Shown here in pieces: positions 25,669 through 38,575 of a stretch of DNA of 64,000 nucleotides. The position numbers and the translations under genes are program-made. The notes beneath the pieces are model-generated. The model saw only the letters and a program-made list of their open reading frames with translations, had not been told where the DNA came from and did not search any database. Source of the DNA: Eledone cirrhosa (lineage: Eukaryota); assembly GCA_964016885.1 (NCBI GenBank), contig OZ024743.1, forward strand, positions 194,866,001 through 194,930,000. The letters run 5' to 3'. Position 1 is the first letter of the stretch, and every line of letters starts with the position of its first letter.

Positions 25669-25989
25669 AGAGTTGAGATGGAGGGTCTGTGATTTTTCTC
25701 ACATCTGGTTGGTCTCTGAATGTTACTTGTTTTATATGGAAAAAGTGGCTCGAAATGCCAGGTTTTTCGAGAAGTAATTTGATTGGTTGGTCAATAATTA
25801 TAAAAAATTTCGCGCCAGTTCGCGTTACAAGGGGGGGGGGGGGTGTCACGGGATGTTTTTTTCATATATGACTGTTTGAATTTCTTTTTACTTCAACAAA
25901 GGGGCTCACGAAGGCTTTTTTTTTAATAGCGTAATTTGATTGGTTATAAATGAAATTATGGCTGTCACGTGAACAAGTTTTCATTAACA

Positions 25990-26439
25990 TTACTCACCAA
26001 TGCCAAATTACCTACCACAAACGCACAACCAAGTGTCAAAAAATGTGGTCGCTCTAATTGTGGTACCTGCACTCACCTCATTGAAGGCAACACGTATACA
26101 TTTAAATCAGGACAAAATTTTACTGTAAAAAATCACTTCACTTGCTATTCAAAAAATCTACTTTATGCCTTTAAATGTAAAGGATGCAATGAAGATTATA
26201 TAGGACAAACTAAACCCACACTCAGAAACAGAATGACAGTTCATCGCCAACAATTACGAGATCCAACCACGAGACAGATACCACTAAGCGCACATCTAGA
26301 CATTTGAGCAAGTAATAAGACACGCAAATTCCAAGTCTTCCCATTGTACCTTTGCGCTAACAATACAACAGAACAAATACGAATAAATAAGGAAAATATG
26401 TTTATTCAAAAATATAGACCAGCATTAAATATGGTTTAA
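25990..26439 (+). CDS. PLE GIY-YIG endonuclease with CCHH finger; one in-frame TGA (26305-26307)
   Basis: LLTNAK..CGRSNCGTC...FTCYSKNLLYAFKCKGC...YIGQT...LRNRMTVH...SAHLDI*ASNK...KENMFIQKYRPALNMV stop. Confidence 0.85.
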
Positions 26440-27258
26440 TATACTTTATGTCAACACCATAACATGCTAACCATCCAAACAGACACATACACACACACAT
26501 AACACCTTCTACTTTAGAAAATAAAAATCCGAACTAAATAAACCTTAACATACGTTTGCACTGACAATACAACAGAACAAATACGAATAAGTAAGGAAAA
26601 TATGTTCATTCAAAAATATTCCTACTAACGGAACCATTTTCCTACACACACACACACACACAATATATATATATATATATTCTCTTAATCTTAACATGCT
26701 AACTATACTCCCACACACATAACACCCATACACACACATAACAACCCCCACACCCACATACACAACTCCCTCCCCCATTTCTACTAATAGAATCACTTTC
26801 CTACATGCATATATACACACACACAAAATATATATTCTCTCCATCTTAACATACTCGCACACACACACACATAACACACATATACACACACAACTCCCTC
26901 CCCCATTTCTACTAATAGAATCATCTTCCAATGCACACACACACACAAGTACACAAATAAACATACATATCCTTACTTTCTTTATTCAATAGAAAATCTG
27001 AAATCTGACACCCCAGCGAACTAACCATATTCACTGAACCAGAACAATTCTCCCATCCCATTTCTCTTGACCATTCTCTTTTGCTTGTCATAAAATTCTC
27101 TAAAAAAGCTACAGAATAGATTTCCAAATAAGGGCGCGAAAATTTAATGAAAATTTGTTCACGTGACAGACATAATTTCATTTATAACCAATCAAATTAC
27201 GTTTATTAAAAAAAAGCCTTCGTGAGCCCACTTTTTTTTTAAGTAAAAAGAAATTCAA

Positions 27259-27289
<31 letters not shown>

Positions 27290-27486
27290 CACACACACAC
27301 AAGCACACAAATAAACATACATATCTTTACTTTCTTTAGTCAATAGAAAATCTGAATTCTGACATCCCAGCGAACTAACCATATTCACTGAACCAGAACA
27401 ATTCTCCTATCCCATTTCTCTTAACCATTATCTTTTAATTATCATACAATTCTCTAAAAAGGCTACAGAATGGATTTCCAAATAAG

Positions 27487-27720
27487 GGCGCGAAAATTTA
27501 ATGAAAACTTGTTCACGTGACAGCCATAATTTCATTTATAACCAATCAAATTACGTTTATTAAAAAAAAAGCCTTCGTGAGCCCCTTTTTTCAAGTAAAA
27601 TGAAATTCAAACACTCATATATGAAAAAACAACCTGTGACACCCCCCTCTTGTTTGAAGAACTTTGTAACGCGAAGTGGCGCGAAATTTTTCATACTTAT
27701 TGACCAACCTATCAAATTAC
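27487..27720 (+). promoter_or_regulatory. Putative pLTR promoter cluster (E2F x2, CCAAT, E-box, CHR-like)
   Basis: GGCGCGAAA at 27487-27495 and 27678-27686, CACGTG at 27514-27519, AACCAATCA at 27540-27548, TTTGAA near 27653. Confidence 0.45.
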
Positions 27721-27825
27721 TTCTCGAAAAACCTGGCATTTAGAGCCACTTTTTCCATATAAAACAAGTAACATTCAGAGACAAACCAGATGTGAGAAAA
27801 ACCACAGACCCTCCATCTCAACTCT

Positions 27826-27863
27826 ACTTTTGAAAAGCAGAAGAACTGCGAAACCGGTAAAGG
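27826..27863 (+). ncRNA. Hammerhead, U3-A8 variant
   Basis: actt TTGAAAA GCAG aagaa CTGC GAAAC CG GT A AAGG. Confidence 0.65.
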
Positions 27864-27994
27864 AACTAAATAAATATATATATTTTAAAAAAAAATAAGA
27901 CTCCAGTTGCATTTTAGATTTCATCTTTTTTTCTTTATACTTTCACTCGTGTAGGACACCTCGATTATTTTTCATTTTGTAAAAAAAAACTCAC

Positions 27995-28078
<84 letters not shown>

Positions 28079-29137
28079 GTATGTGAGTGTGAAAGTTTGT
28101 TAGTATATGCTGTACTTTCAATAGTGTTATATTATATAAAATTTAAGGAATATTTTGAAATTAAAAATGAAACTTAAATGCATTAGCCTGCGTTAATTCT
28201 AGAGACATTTAGATGAAGTTGGCATTCTAATATATATAAAATTAGTCACATCACCTGAATCATTTTAAAGTGCTTAAATATACTTAAAGTAGAGGTGTTG
28301 ATGGAAATCAAATAGACGCATTGAAATGATTAAAGTCGACGAAGTTTATTGTAAGTAAAGACACTACAGTAATTTGTCTTCAAATCGAGTTAGAGCTAAA
28401 GAAAGTATCATATTCTTTGATTTGCTGTAACTTCATCGTCGCCATGTTGACCTACAGTCATTCTATTTATCATAGTATTTCTATTTTGAGATATCTACAT
28501 GGTTCTTTCTATTTTCAATAATTTCCTCTGCAACAGTACATCTCATATTTCTAAAAATTTATTGGACTCTCTTACAAGGAAACATTTGTCAGTATTGCTA
28601 TTTTGGTTGTGCTTCCAAGTTTACTTTTCCATTTACCAAATATTTCAAACAGCAGTAGAGAAATACATTGGTTTAATGGACAGCAGTAAGAACATCGATT
28701 TATATTATTAGCTATTAGGTCTCTACTAATATAAGCTCCGAATCCGACTTTCACAAAGTATAGCATTCCATATGTTTATGATTCTCTTGAAGTTTGACTG
28801 CTTATGTGGAACAAACAACAGCATGACTGGTAACTTTAATCTGTAATCAGGTTTACCAACTTCCCCTGCTTTTGGGGAGACTTCAGATAAGTTCAAAATG
28901 CTGCATGCATTCGGACCTGGTCCCCGGTTCAATGATAACTTCCTTTTTTCCCCATCAGTCTCTTCCTTGTAGGCAGTGGTGTGTTATTTGAGGCAAATTT
29001 GGCAGTGGTTTCTAGTAAGTCGAGCGTAAAAGAACCTTCGAAGGCCCTTTGCTAACGCTAACTTGTGACTTGCAATCAATAAAGGTAAAGCTACAAATAT
29101 GAAGTATTTATGTAACTGTATAATCGCGGATTGTGGA

Positions 29138-29420
29138 CGCGGTGTGGGTGAGTGGTTGAGAAGTCCACTTCACAATCGTTAAGTCCCGGGTCCGATTCCA
29201 CTGCTTAGTAACTTTGGGAACTATTATTTATCATGAACTCGGTTGGATTCATGACTTGTAAATGAAATTTGGTATACCTAAACTGTTTTGAATCCCGACG
29301 GATGGACTGTACCGATAATTAAAGGGCTAGCATTGTCACACACTGTCTTACACGGAATCGCTCTCAGAATGACATTAAGGTTTGGAATGCTAAGACACCC
29401 GCTAACCCTTTTACCAAGCT
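29138..29420 (+). mobile_element. Decayed tRNA-head SINE (second family)
   Basis: gtgggtgagtggttgagaag...cccgggtccgattcca; body cattgtcacacactgtc..acg.aatc.ctc.gaat.acattaaggg resembles 57830-57880. Confidence 0.5.
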
Positions 29421-29750
29421 TTACCATTGACTGAACAACTGGATAATCCATTGTAAAAAATAACGGAGGTTTTTTCCATTCTATAAACTTGAGGTAAAGG
29501 TTATAACCTCCCAAACTGGTTATCGCTAAGATCTAGCTCTAGTGTCGACCTTAGCTGCGTCATCATTGACACAGCTAAGGTCAACACTAAGATAGAAAGA
29601 AAACTACAGACAAAAATGTGAACTTTTCTCTTTATGTATGTAAAATCATTTTTTCCCATATTCTTATTGTTCTTATTAATATGACATTTAATTGCATTAT
29701 ACACTTCCATCTTTCGAAGAAGCCTACAAGCTGAAATCGGTACAAATAAT

Positions 29751-29923
29751 TGTTTCTACTTTTGACATTACCAGTGCATTACTGGTACTTTATTTTATCA
29801 ATCCCGTAAGGATGAAAGGCAAATTTAACCTCGGCGGGATTTGAACTCAAATGGCAAAGGCCGTAACTCTATGCGTCAAAGCATGGCGTCCAACCCTCTA
29901 CCGATACTGCCAATCCACCGCCA
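29751..29923 (-). mobile_element. Nin-domain SINE with 17 bp TSD
   Basis: TSD aaatcggtacaaataat at 29734-29750 and 29924-29940. Confidence 0.92.
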
Positions 29924-30031
29924 AAATCGGTACAAATAATGCGGAGATTCCTATTTTGTAAATAAATGTTTTGATGTTATTCTGAGAGAAAATCCCTTTA
30001 GCATTTTCTACTGTTTTCTTTTCTTTTTTAC

Positions 30032-30084
<53 letters not shown>

Positions 30085-31880
30085 TAAGGATGGTTAGACC
30101 ATTACTCAACAGAGTACTCGATACTTGGGGTAGTAGAGGGTGGTTAAATTATAAAGAGTCGGATTGGCCGGGTGACCACTTGCTCTTTCAACAGTTAATT
30201 CCACCCTACCAATATCCCACTTTCCTTACAAAGCATTTGTTAATCAAGGACTATAGAAAGAGAGACTTGTTTAAGTTGTAGAGCAGTAGGATCAAACGTC
30301 GGACAACACGGCTGTAAACCGAATGTTCAGCAACATGACTATAACTAAGTTAACAAAGAAAATGTATTCATTTTCGCAATGTGCGATCCACCTTCATTTC
30401 ATATCGATGCAATTTCACTCCCATTCAACTAAAGAAAACTCAGACAAGCTAGTGTATGAACAATTTGAAATAACATTATAAAATAAGGATTTTCCATACA
30501 ACGACAATGTTTCAGATAGCTCTACTCAGATTACGACACATACGGCTTATTTGTATTGGATTCATATCATAGCATTAGTATGTTCACACTAGATAGATAT
30601 AGTGTATAATTATACAAGCTTTAGTTGTCGTGGCTTCACTATCTAATTGTAATCTGTTTACACAAGACAGATGGAAACTAATTACAGGTGATTTATATCA
30701 TAATTTGATAATCAAACATATTAAAGCTAGCTTTCTTCTCAAAGATATATTACGTTAAAGTTATATCGTGTCTACATATAATCACTCTATACAATTAGGT
30801 TACCTTACCAAAGTTTCGTTACGTCTTTCAGTGACAAGAAATAAAGCGTGTTGAAAGTTTCAAGATACATCGGATAGATCTAATTCACAAACTAGTGGGA
30901 ATGTTGTTTAATCCCCAATCCTTTAGAAACTAGCATACACAAACAAGTATAATGGATAAATCGCGTATGGTTTTATCCAGACATCAAAACCATAGAATAA
31001 GGAACCAATAAATAAAAAGAAAAACAGTCAGAAATAAGAGACATGTCCTCTCAATTGCGCATGGCAAGGGAATTCCGGTATGGTCACTGCCTCCGCCTCT
31101 CTCGCTCTCCAAATCTCTCTCTATTTAAATCAAAATGGGTCCACGCGCTGGCCTCCCCACGACCTAGGCAGACAGAATAGATGTGTTCCCTCGCAGTATG
31201 GTGAGGGAGACGAGTTGGAAGAGCCATCACAACTAGCGAGGCTCAATCCTGCGGGTATCCAACTCCGCCACGATGGTAGTGAATATGAAGGTTGTCCTAG
31301 GGCCAAGGACACCAGAAATCCCCACTGCAACGAACTGACCGAGAGGAACCGATATCTCGAGTAAAATGAATTGATTCAGCATTACATCTAATATCCCCAT
31401 AATAACAGCGCAAAGCCTTAACTGAGGGTAGGGGTTCATTTACATTCTAACTGTCCTTCTCGCAGTAAATAATGTAAAACCAAGAGCCAACATCATTCTC
31501 TTTCAAAATCTATTGTTTAAACTGTGATTTGAGTAAACAATATAAATAACCAACAAATTATACTGATTTCAGACATTCTCTAATTTCAGTGCTTCTGAAC
31601 CTAAAATTTTGAAACTATAAGAAAGCTAGCGAATCTACCTTGAGAAAGTAGCTGACGATATCCATCTGTGTCGAACGTGACATAGGTGAACAAATAATCT
31701 GACTATGTTCTTGATTCAAGCAAAATACTTCAAATATACTTATTATATGCTAAAGAAAGGCACAATGATTAACCCACATCACCATCTTTCTATATAAATT
31801 ATTTTGATTACTTTTCTCATATCAATTTGTGGTTAATATTCCGATGAAATTTGTGGTTATGTACCTAAGTCAGAAATGAG

Positions 31881-31916
<36 letters not shown>

Positions 31917-32482
31917 TTCAATCTTTTTTTGTTATTTAGTTGAATCGGGTTTCTAGATTTATCAATATATTTATTTGCAAAAACAGAAAAAAAGAACATT
32001 AACATATAGAAACTAAAATACAACTATTTAGAATACAAAAATGTCTTATATAAAAAAATGAAAGTGCTTTAGTTTTACCATCTAAAGCAGACGAGATATA
32101 TAAATAATAGAGTAAAATGTAATCACTGAATACGTAGACAAGCATATAGGTGAATGAAAAGGTTGATTTATTGAAGTACATTCATACTTTAATATACAAA
32201 TCAATACGTAATTAGAATTTTTCTGTTTTATATCGTTAGAAAAATAAAAAATGAAACAGAATATAATTCAGAAAAACATCCACATTTTCATTAAAAAAGA
32301 AATTGAAAATCTCTCAATTACAAAAAAGGGAAAGTAAAATTAAATACTTGTAACAACTAAACATATACTACCAGTTTACATCACTGATTTGTGTTAGAAA
32401 AGTCGATTTGAGCTCAATTTGATTATCTTTTTAATGTACAGCGTAAATATGTGAGTAAAAATTTTGAATCTTTTTTTCTTCA

Positions 32483-32965
32483 AGTCTACTCAACTTTCTC
32501 ATAAGTTTTCAGATCATTGAGATTGAAAGTTGTATTTGCAATTGACAGTAAACTAAATCTCCATAGACCTAAGTCGGTGAGATTTTTGCATAGCGTGACT
32601 CCTATGTATGACAGTGAGCCTGGTTGGTAGACATATCCGTCAGCCGATTTAACACAACCACTGGACAACTTTAGTTTAGCAAACAGTCAGGCCCAGTTTC
32701 TAATATAAGAATCCCTTTTACTCAGTTCTTTCCTCGAGTCTACTCAGCTTTCTCATAACTTTTCAGATCACGGAAATTGAAAGTTGTATTTGTAATTAAC
32801 AGTAAACTAAATCTCCAAAAACCAAACTCGGCGAGACTACGCTATAGCGTGACTTTAACCTGGTTGAGAGGCATATCCGTCATCCGATTAAACACAACCA
32901 CTAGGCCTTGGGCAACTAGAGTTAAGCAAGTAGCAGCACCCAGTTTCTAATTTAAGAATCACTTC
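32483..32965. repeat. Diverged tandem duplication, period about 255 bp
   Basis: agtctactca..tttctcataa.ttttcagatca at 32483 and 32737; both copies end cccagtttctaat.taagaatc. Confidence 0.85.
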
Positions 32966-33090
32966 CTCTCACCAGTCTGCCTTTCATCATTTGACTAAAA
33001 TATTTAATACGTTATTATAAAATTGAAAAATTTAATAAGCAAGACCTTATATGGATGCAAACAAAGCTATATGTAATATTTTGATGTACA

Positions 33091-33160
33091 TGCGTATATC
33101 AAAATAAAATTTTGCGTATATCAAAATAGAATTTTGCGTATATCAAAATAGAATGCGTAT
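33091..33160. repeat. About 23 bp tandem repeat x3 (tgcgtatatcaaaatagaattt)
   Basis: Seen directly in the sequence. Confidence 0.9.
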
Positions 33161-33967
33161 ACAAATTAGAATCAATCGCATCTGCAAATGTTTCCGTAGT
33201 TTGTTAAATCCTTTCGTATTATCTAAGACTTAACCCTAGTGTAAACCTACACTATATTAAGTTGATTTCTTATTTGGATGCATTGCGCATTTGCCTAATT
33301 TCTAGCCTACACACATTCCTTAGAATTTGTTGGTAAGTGTAGAACCATAATGGCAGTGACAGCACACTGCTTTCGATAATATATTTTGTAGTGGCCTTTG
33401 ATTTTCATCAAAACATTAGACTATGAAGTAATTCCTATTTATAATAACACTAACACAAATAAACAGAATTGTGGCCAAAAGTTTCGTTTCATTAAATAAA
33501 TATAGAAAGCGATAATTTGATAGTAAATGGATAAAATATATTGTGATATTAACATTGCCATGGTAATGAAATAATTTCGCATTTATTAATTCTCACTTCA
33601 CAACCAAGGTAGTGTAGTCAAGCTACAACAAATATTCTGTTAGAATAATATACCTGGTTCAATTAAAGCTAATTTACTTCCAGCTTTAATATGAAAAAAA
33701 GACCATAATATTCATTAATATATATTAACTCAGCAACGTATAAACATCACAAAAACATAGACGCCATGTTTTCTCTTCTCTGTGTTATACTTATATTTCC
33801 AGGAATTTTGCACCTCCAAACAATTAAATTAACAAATAATTTGGTTGGTACAAGTAGTGGGTGTTAATACTTGTTCGAAGAATAATAGGTTTTGGTAAGT
33901 AATAATTTATGGTGATCAACAAGGGATTGATTTGATTAATTCATGATAATATCTCAATTATAATATA

Positions 33968-35230
33968 TATAAGGTTTGTCCCAAAATTATGGGCACTGAA
34001 TTTACTATGGTCGACATGGTAAAGCAGCACCTCGTTGATGCACGTATATACGTGTTTCAACATGATCGATTGAGACAGACGTGTGCTATTACTGTTAATG
34101 TAAATACGTGTTTATAAAGTCTCTAAAGTTTGCGATGCAGGAAAATATCAAACAAAGATACACGATGAAATTTTGTGTGAAACTCAATAAATTTGCCAAG
34201 AAACCATTCAATTCTTTAATACATTATTTAAAAAATGGAGATACCACTCTATTAAGGAGTAAGGATTCTAAGTAGCACAAATCTTTCAAATGGGGTCGAG
34301 AAAAGGCTGAAGACGAATCTTGTTCTGGAAAAGAATCTCGATAACAAATGGACAAAATGTGGAATTGGGGCGAATGATGAAAATGAAGGATCGCCGATTG
34401 CGTGATATGATGATAATAAAAGAAACGAGCTTGGATACAAATGCAGTTCACGGAATTTTAACTGACCATTTACACATGATAAAGACTTGTACAACACTAG
34501 TGCCCAACCGAGGGTCTGTGGCACAAAAAGTGAACCGGGTGCAAATTTGTCAGGACTTGCTGGAAATACTCGAAATTGAGTCAAATTGCTTGGATACAGT
34601 TATATCAGAAGAATCATAGGTGTTATAGTACAATTCCGCAGGAAAACGCCAGCGTGAGGAGTGACACACGAAATAGTTTCCTCGTCCGAAGAAAGGGCAG
34701 ATTAGGAGACCCAGGGTGAAAATGATGATTATCATTTTTTTTTCGACAGCCTGGTACTGTGTACACATAATTACCCCCCCAGGACAGAAGTTAATAGAAC
34801 CTTCTATACAAATTTCTTGGGACGACTTCGAAAACAGGTCCAGCGAGTCCGAAAGGAGATTGGAGGAGATTAGGTACTGCACAACGATAATGCGTATGCA
34901 CAAACAACACTTTCAATTAGACCTTTTCTTGCGAAGAAAGACATTCCTTCTTTTCCACATCACCTTACATTCCTGATCTAATACGTCTTCCCTAAGTTGA
35001 AATCGCAGTGGAAGGGTCGTCAATTTGGGACTGTGAAAAGCACAAATTGTAACAGACGAATAAGGACACTTACAGAAAAGACTTACAGTGGTGCTACGAG
35101 CAATGGCAAAATGCTGAAATCACTGTGTGAGTTACCAAGGGTCGTATGTTGACGGAGATAACTTGCAATTCCATGCACGTCTAATATACATTTAAATAAA
35201 ACATCAGTACTCTTAACAGCCATGCTCTAA
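33968..35230 (+). mobile_element. Decayed Tc1/mariner (mariner-type) DNA transposon
   Basis: QRY..KFCVKL; I..EES*CY (D1 region); PRPKK; HNDNA (D2); HP.Y.PDL-like and FPKLK remnants; about 1.25 kb; many stops and frameshifts. Confidence 0.85.
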
Positions 35231-35545
35231 GTTAAATTATAATTCTGTTCTATTATATTATAAGTTAAGCCAACTTATGCAGATGAGATTAAGCACCTCA
35301 TTTACACAGACGAGAAAACCATGCATTTTCGCCTGTTTTCAAGTCCAGTAGTTGCAAGAGTGGGAGCGATCAGCCTGTTCAGTTCAAAATGCATCGACGA
35401 TTTCGCCCTTGCTTCCGTTGGACATCGCCAAATGACAATAACCACCGGGTTTCTAAATATTTATAAACATATCGTATTTCTTTCCAAATACGAAACTCCA
35501 ATACATATCTGTATACAGCTATGCTCGACGCTATATACTAATTTC

Positions 35546-35585
<40 letters not shown>

Positions 35586-36050
35586 AAGTCCTTCATCCGC
35601 GATCTTCCAACCTTCATTGGTATTTCATCGCTTTAAAAATCATATACCTCTGGTTGGTGCGAGCAATAACTAAATAAAGTTATCGGGGCAAGTACAATAG
35701 GGTGAAGCAAGCGAGACATGTAAACAAACAAAGATGGTATTGCAACGGAAAGATAGGAAGAGACAAGTACATGATATCTATAAGCTTAAGCTTAGTGAAA
35801 TCATGGACGAAAGATACAGACCATCCGACATGGGTGAGATTAGAGCGAGAAAAGGATTTCACACAGGTCAAACGGGAGGAAGTGAGAGAGGGGGAGAAGC
35901 AGAGAGTGAGTGAGTGGAAGTGTGAGGAAGAGGCCAGCTGAGAGAGAGTGTGACTGGCAGAGGGGGTAAAAAGAAGGTGAGAGATACAGAGAGAGGGAAG
36001 CAGTAAGAAAGAAACAGACAATCGCAGCTATATATATATACACACACACG

Positions 36051-36095
<45 letters not shown>

Positions 36096-36096
<1 letters not shown>

Positions 36097-36285
36097 ATTG
36101 TTTCTACATTTGGCACAAGGCCAGCAAATTACCCAGTGCATTACTGGTACTTTATTTTATCGACCCCGTAAGGATGAAAGGCAAAGTCAACCTCGGCGGG
36201 ATTTGAACTCAGATCGTAAAGGGACGTAACTCTGCTGGAAAGCATGGCGTCCGACCCTCTACCGATACTGCCAATCCACCACCGC
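36096..36285 (-). mobile_element. Nin-domain SINE
   Basis: Near-identical to 10535-10722. Confidence 0.92.
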
Positions 36286-37489
36286 AATGCAACGCGCTAA
36301 TAACCTGTTGGATATCTGAGGTAAATATCCATCTATATTATGTTAGCAGTTAGTCTTTTGTTTGCGTATTACATCCGTATTTGACACATCTACAATAATT
36401 CAAATAGGTGTACATAAATCTAGCACTTAGGAATTTAAATTTAAGACAATCTCTATCTGGAAATCATACAATATATTGAAAATGCATTTCTCTGGGTAGG
36501 CTAATCTGAATAATGAATGAATTAAATCAGACATGTCAGTTCAAGAAATGTCTTCAAAAATATGTGGCTCTGTTGTACAATGTAATGAAAAACTTACTGG
36601 TGAAATATATCTAAAAAATATTTTCCATTAAATGAATGCATTATGAATACTACTATCGGAAATGATAATGAGTAGAATGTTGATAATAGTGATAAAGATG
36701 AAGCCATGATCATATTCAAAACTTCTGCGTAAGCTATGATAAAAAAAATCTGTGGTACAAGTAAAATATAATTTTATAATTTTATTCGTCATATTATTTT
36801 TGCGCTACCTAGTGCTGTCTTTTATCTAGTAGTATTGTTGTTTTTTGTTTGTTTTTGTCATTCGTGTTTCTATGGTTCGAATCCAGTTACAGTTTAGGAA
36901 ATGGAATTGTGTTTATAAAACTAAATTCATTTTTTTCTCTCACCGTTTCACCCATCAGATTGCGCTCATGCTACGGTATCACCGACGAGGATTTAATCAA
37001 TGGTATCGACACCAGTCCTTGTGTGGTTTAAGTTTAATATATCATTTTATCGATCTATGTTTATCGAAGCGCTAGTTAATAGAATATAAAAAAACTTTAA
37101 ACATAAATAAATACATACACACGCACGTGCGTACAGATTCAAGCACAAACAATCACACACACTCGTGCATACACACATACACGTATGTGAGCGAGTGTGT
37201 GGATACAATGAGCTTAGCTAAATTTCTGTCTACTAAATTTCACTTACAAGGCACTGGGTAACTCGAGATACCTGCAAATTGCGACCTGCAGGGAGACTGC
37301 ACCAGATTCTTCAAAGTTACATTCTTATCCACAGAGAGGAGAATGGGCCTATTTATTTTATTTGTTAATGAATTATCTGTGTTAATAATCACTGTAGACT
37401 ATATAATAAACATTTCTTTGCTCTTTCTTAACTTAGATATATTTTTACTATTGGTTGAAGAAGAAACGTAGCTGAGTGATAGATGAACT

Positions 37490-37650
37490 CTATTCAGATA
37501 AGTACTAAACTAGTATTTCATTTTTCATCGATCTCGATTGAATGGAACACCAAGTTGACCTCTGTGGGATTTGAACTCTGAGAGTAGAGAGCCGAAACAA
37601 ATAACGCAAAGCATTCTATCCGACGTTGTAACAATGCAACGTCACTGCCT
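37490..37650 (-). mobile_element. Decayed Nin-domain SINE
   Basis: aagttgacctc..tgggatttgaactc...tccgacg. Confidence 0.6.
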
Positions 37651-38424
37651 TAAAATTGAGTGGCAGTAATATTTAATACCAAATTCCTACAGTCAATGCT
37701 CAGATTATCTTTCCTAGAGTCACATTGTAGTGAAGTGATCTGCACAAAAAATACTTGCGTTTTTAAATTTCCTGTGACTACTTTCAAAATTATTAAACAT
37801 CAGTAATATATATGCGTCAATTCTATAAGTATTATCGACATCAGCTACGCACCCTGAACGTAATGAAACGCTATCTATATTAATAATGCACTGAAAAATG
37901 TTCCAGTTCGATCAATAAATCTACATTTATTGTGAAGTATGTTATAGAATTTATTTCTATGATATACTTAAATTTGTGAATGGCCAAGAGTTTCTGCCAT
38001 GTGGTATATATTATTGGAATTTTGCTTAACTTATAATACATTGGTCGCAACAGAAGGTAGCCATCTTAGATACTCTATCTAGGTTGGTGTCGCATTATAC
38101 GTTTTCCATACGATTCTTGCTTGGCATTCTAGTACTGTAGAATCGATAAATTAGAATAATAGTAATATGGTAATTTACATGAGACTATTTTCCCAACTAT
38201 ATACAAATAGCTTTCCATTTTGTGAAACTTTTTCATGTACAGTTAGGTGTATTGTAATGCTGGTATAATGCTTAACCTCTTTTATTGTTTGAGACGGTTC
38301 TCGTCTCATACCTGGTTAATGTACTTAAAACAAAATTGTATGTTTAGAATGCGTACAAAAAGAGATTATAAGCCTTTAACCTAAAAAATTAAAACAATGA
38401 TTATACGCCAATTCATACTTGAAT

Positions 38425-38575
38425 AAAGCGGTAGGTTTCGCAGTTTTGTTAGAGCTTTGGATATTTGATTCGCTCCTCTGCGTTCTGAGTTTCAAATTCC
38501 ACTGAGATCATCTTGGTCTTTCATCCATTCGGAGTCTATAAAGAAATTAACATACCAGTGCTGGTGCATCTCTCT
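38425..38575 (+). mobile_element. Decayed Nin-domain SINE
   Basis: cgttctgagtttcaaattcc...tctttcatccattcggagtc.ataaa...taccag. Confidence 0.6.

Larger units (their letters stand above)
25560..28000 (+). mobile_element. 5'-truncated PLE (Naiad-like): inverted pLTR + GIY-YIG ORF + partial tandem pLTR
   Basis: 25560-25987 is the reverse complement of about 27499-27937; ORF 25989-26439; about 330 bp duplication 26935-27260 / 27290-27610; (TA)n on both flanks. Confidence 0.92.

Noticed and set aside
27620-27660. ATGA..AAACAA/TTGTTT GA as a SECIS
   Set aside because: The helix is too short and lacks apical AA at the right spacing; the 3' GA segment is absent from the inverted copy.
33091-33160. 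CRISPR-like short repeats
   Set aside because: Tandem copies without spacers, no cas genes, eukaryotic context.
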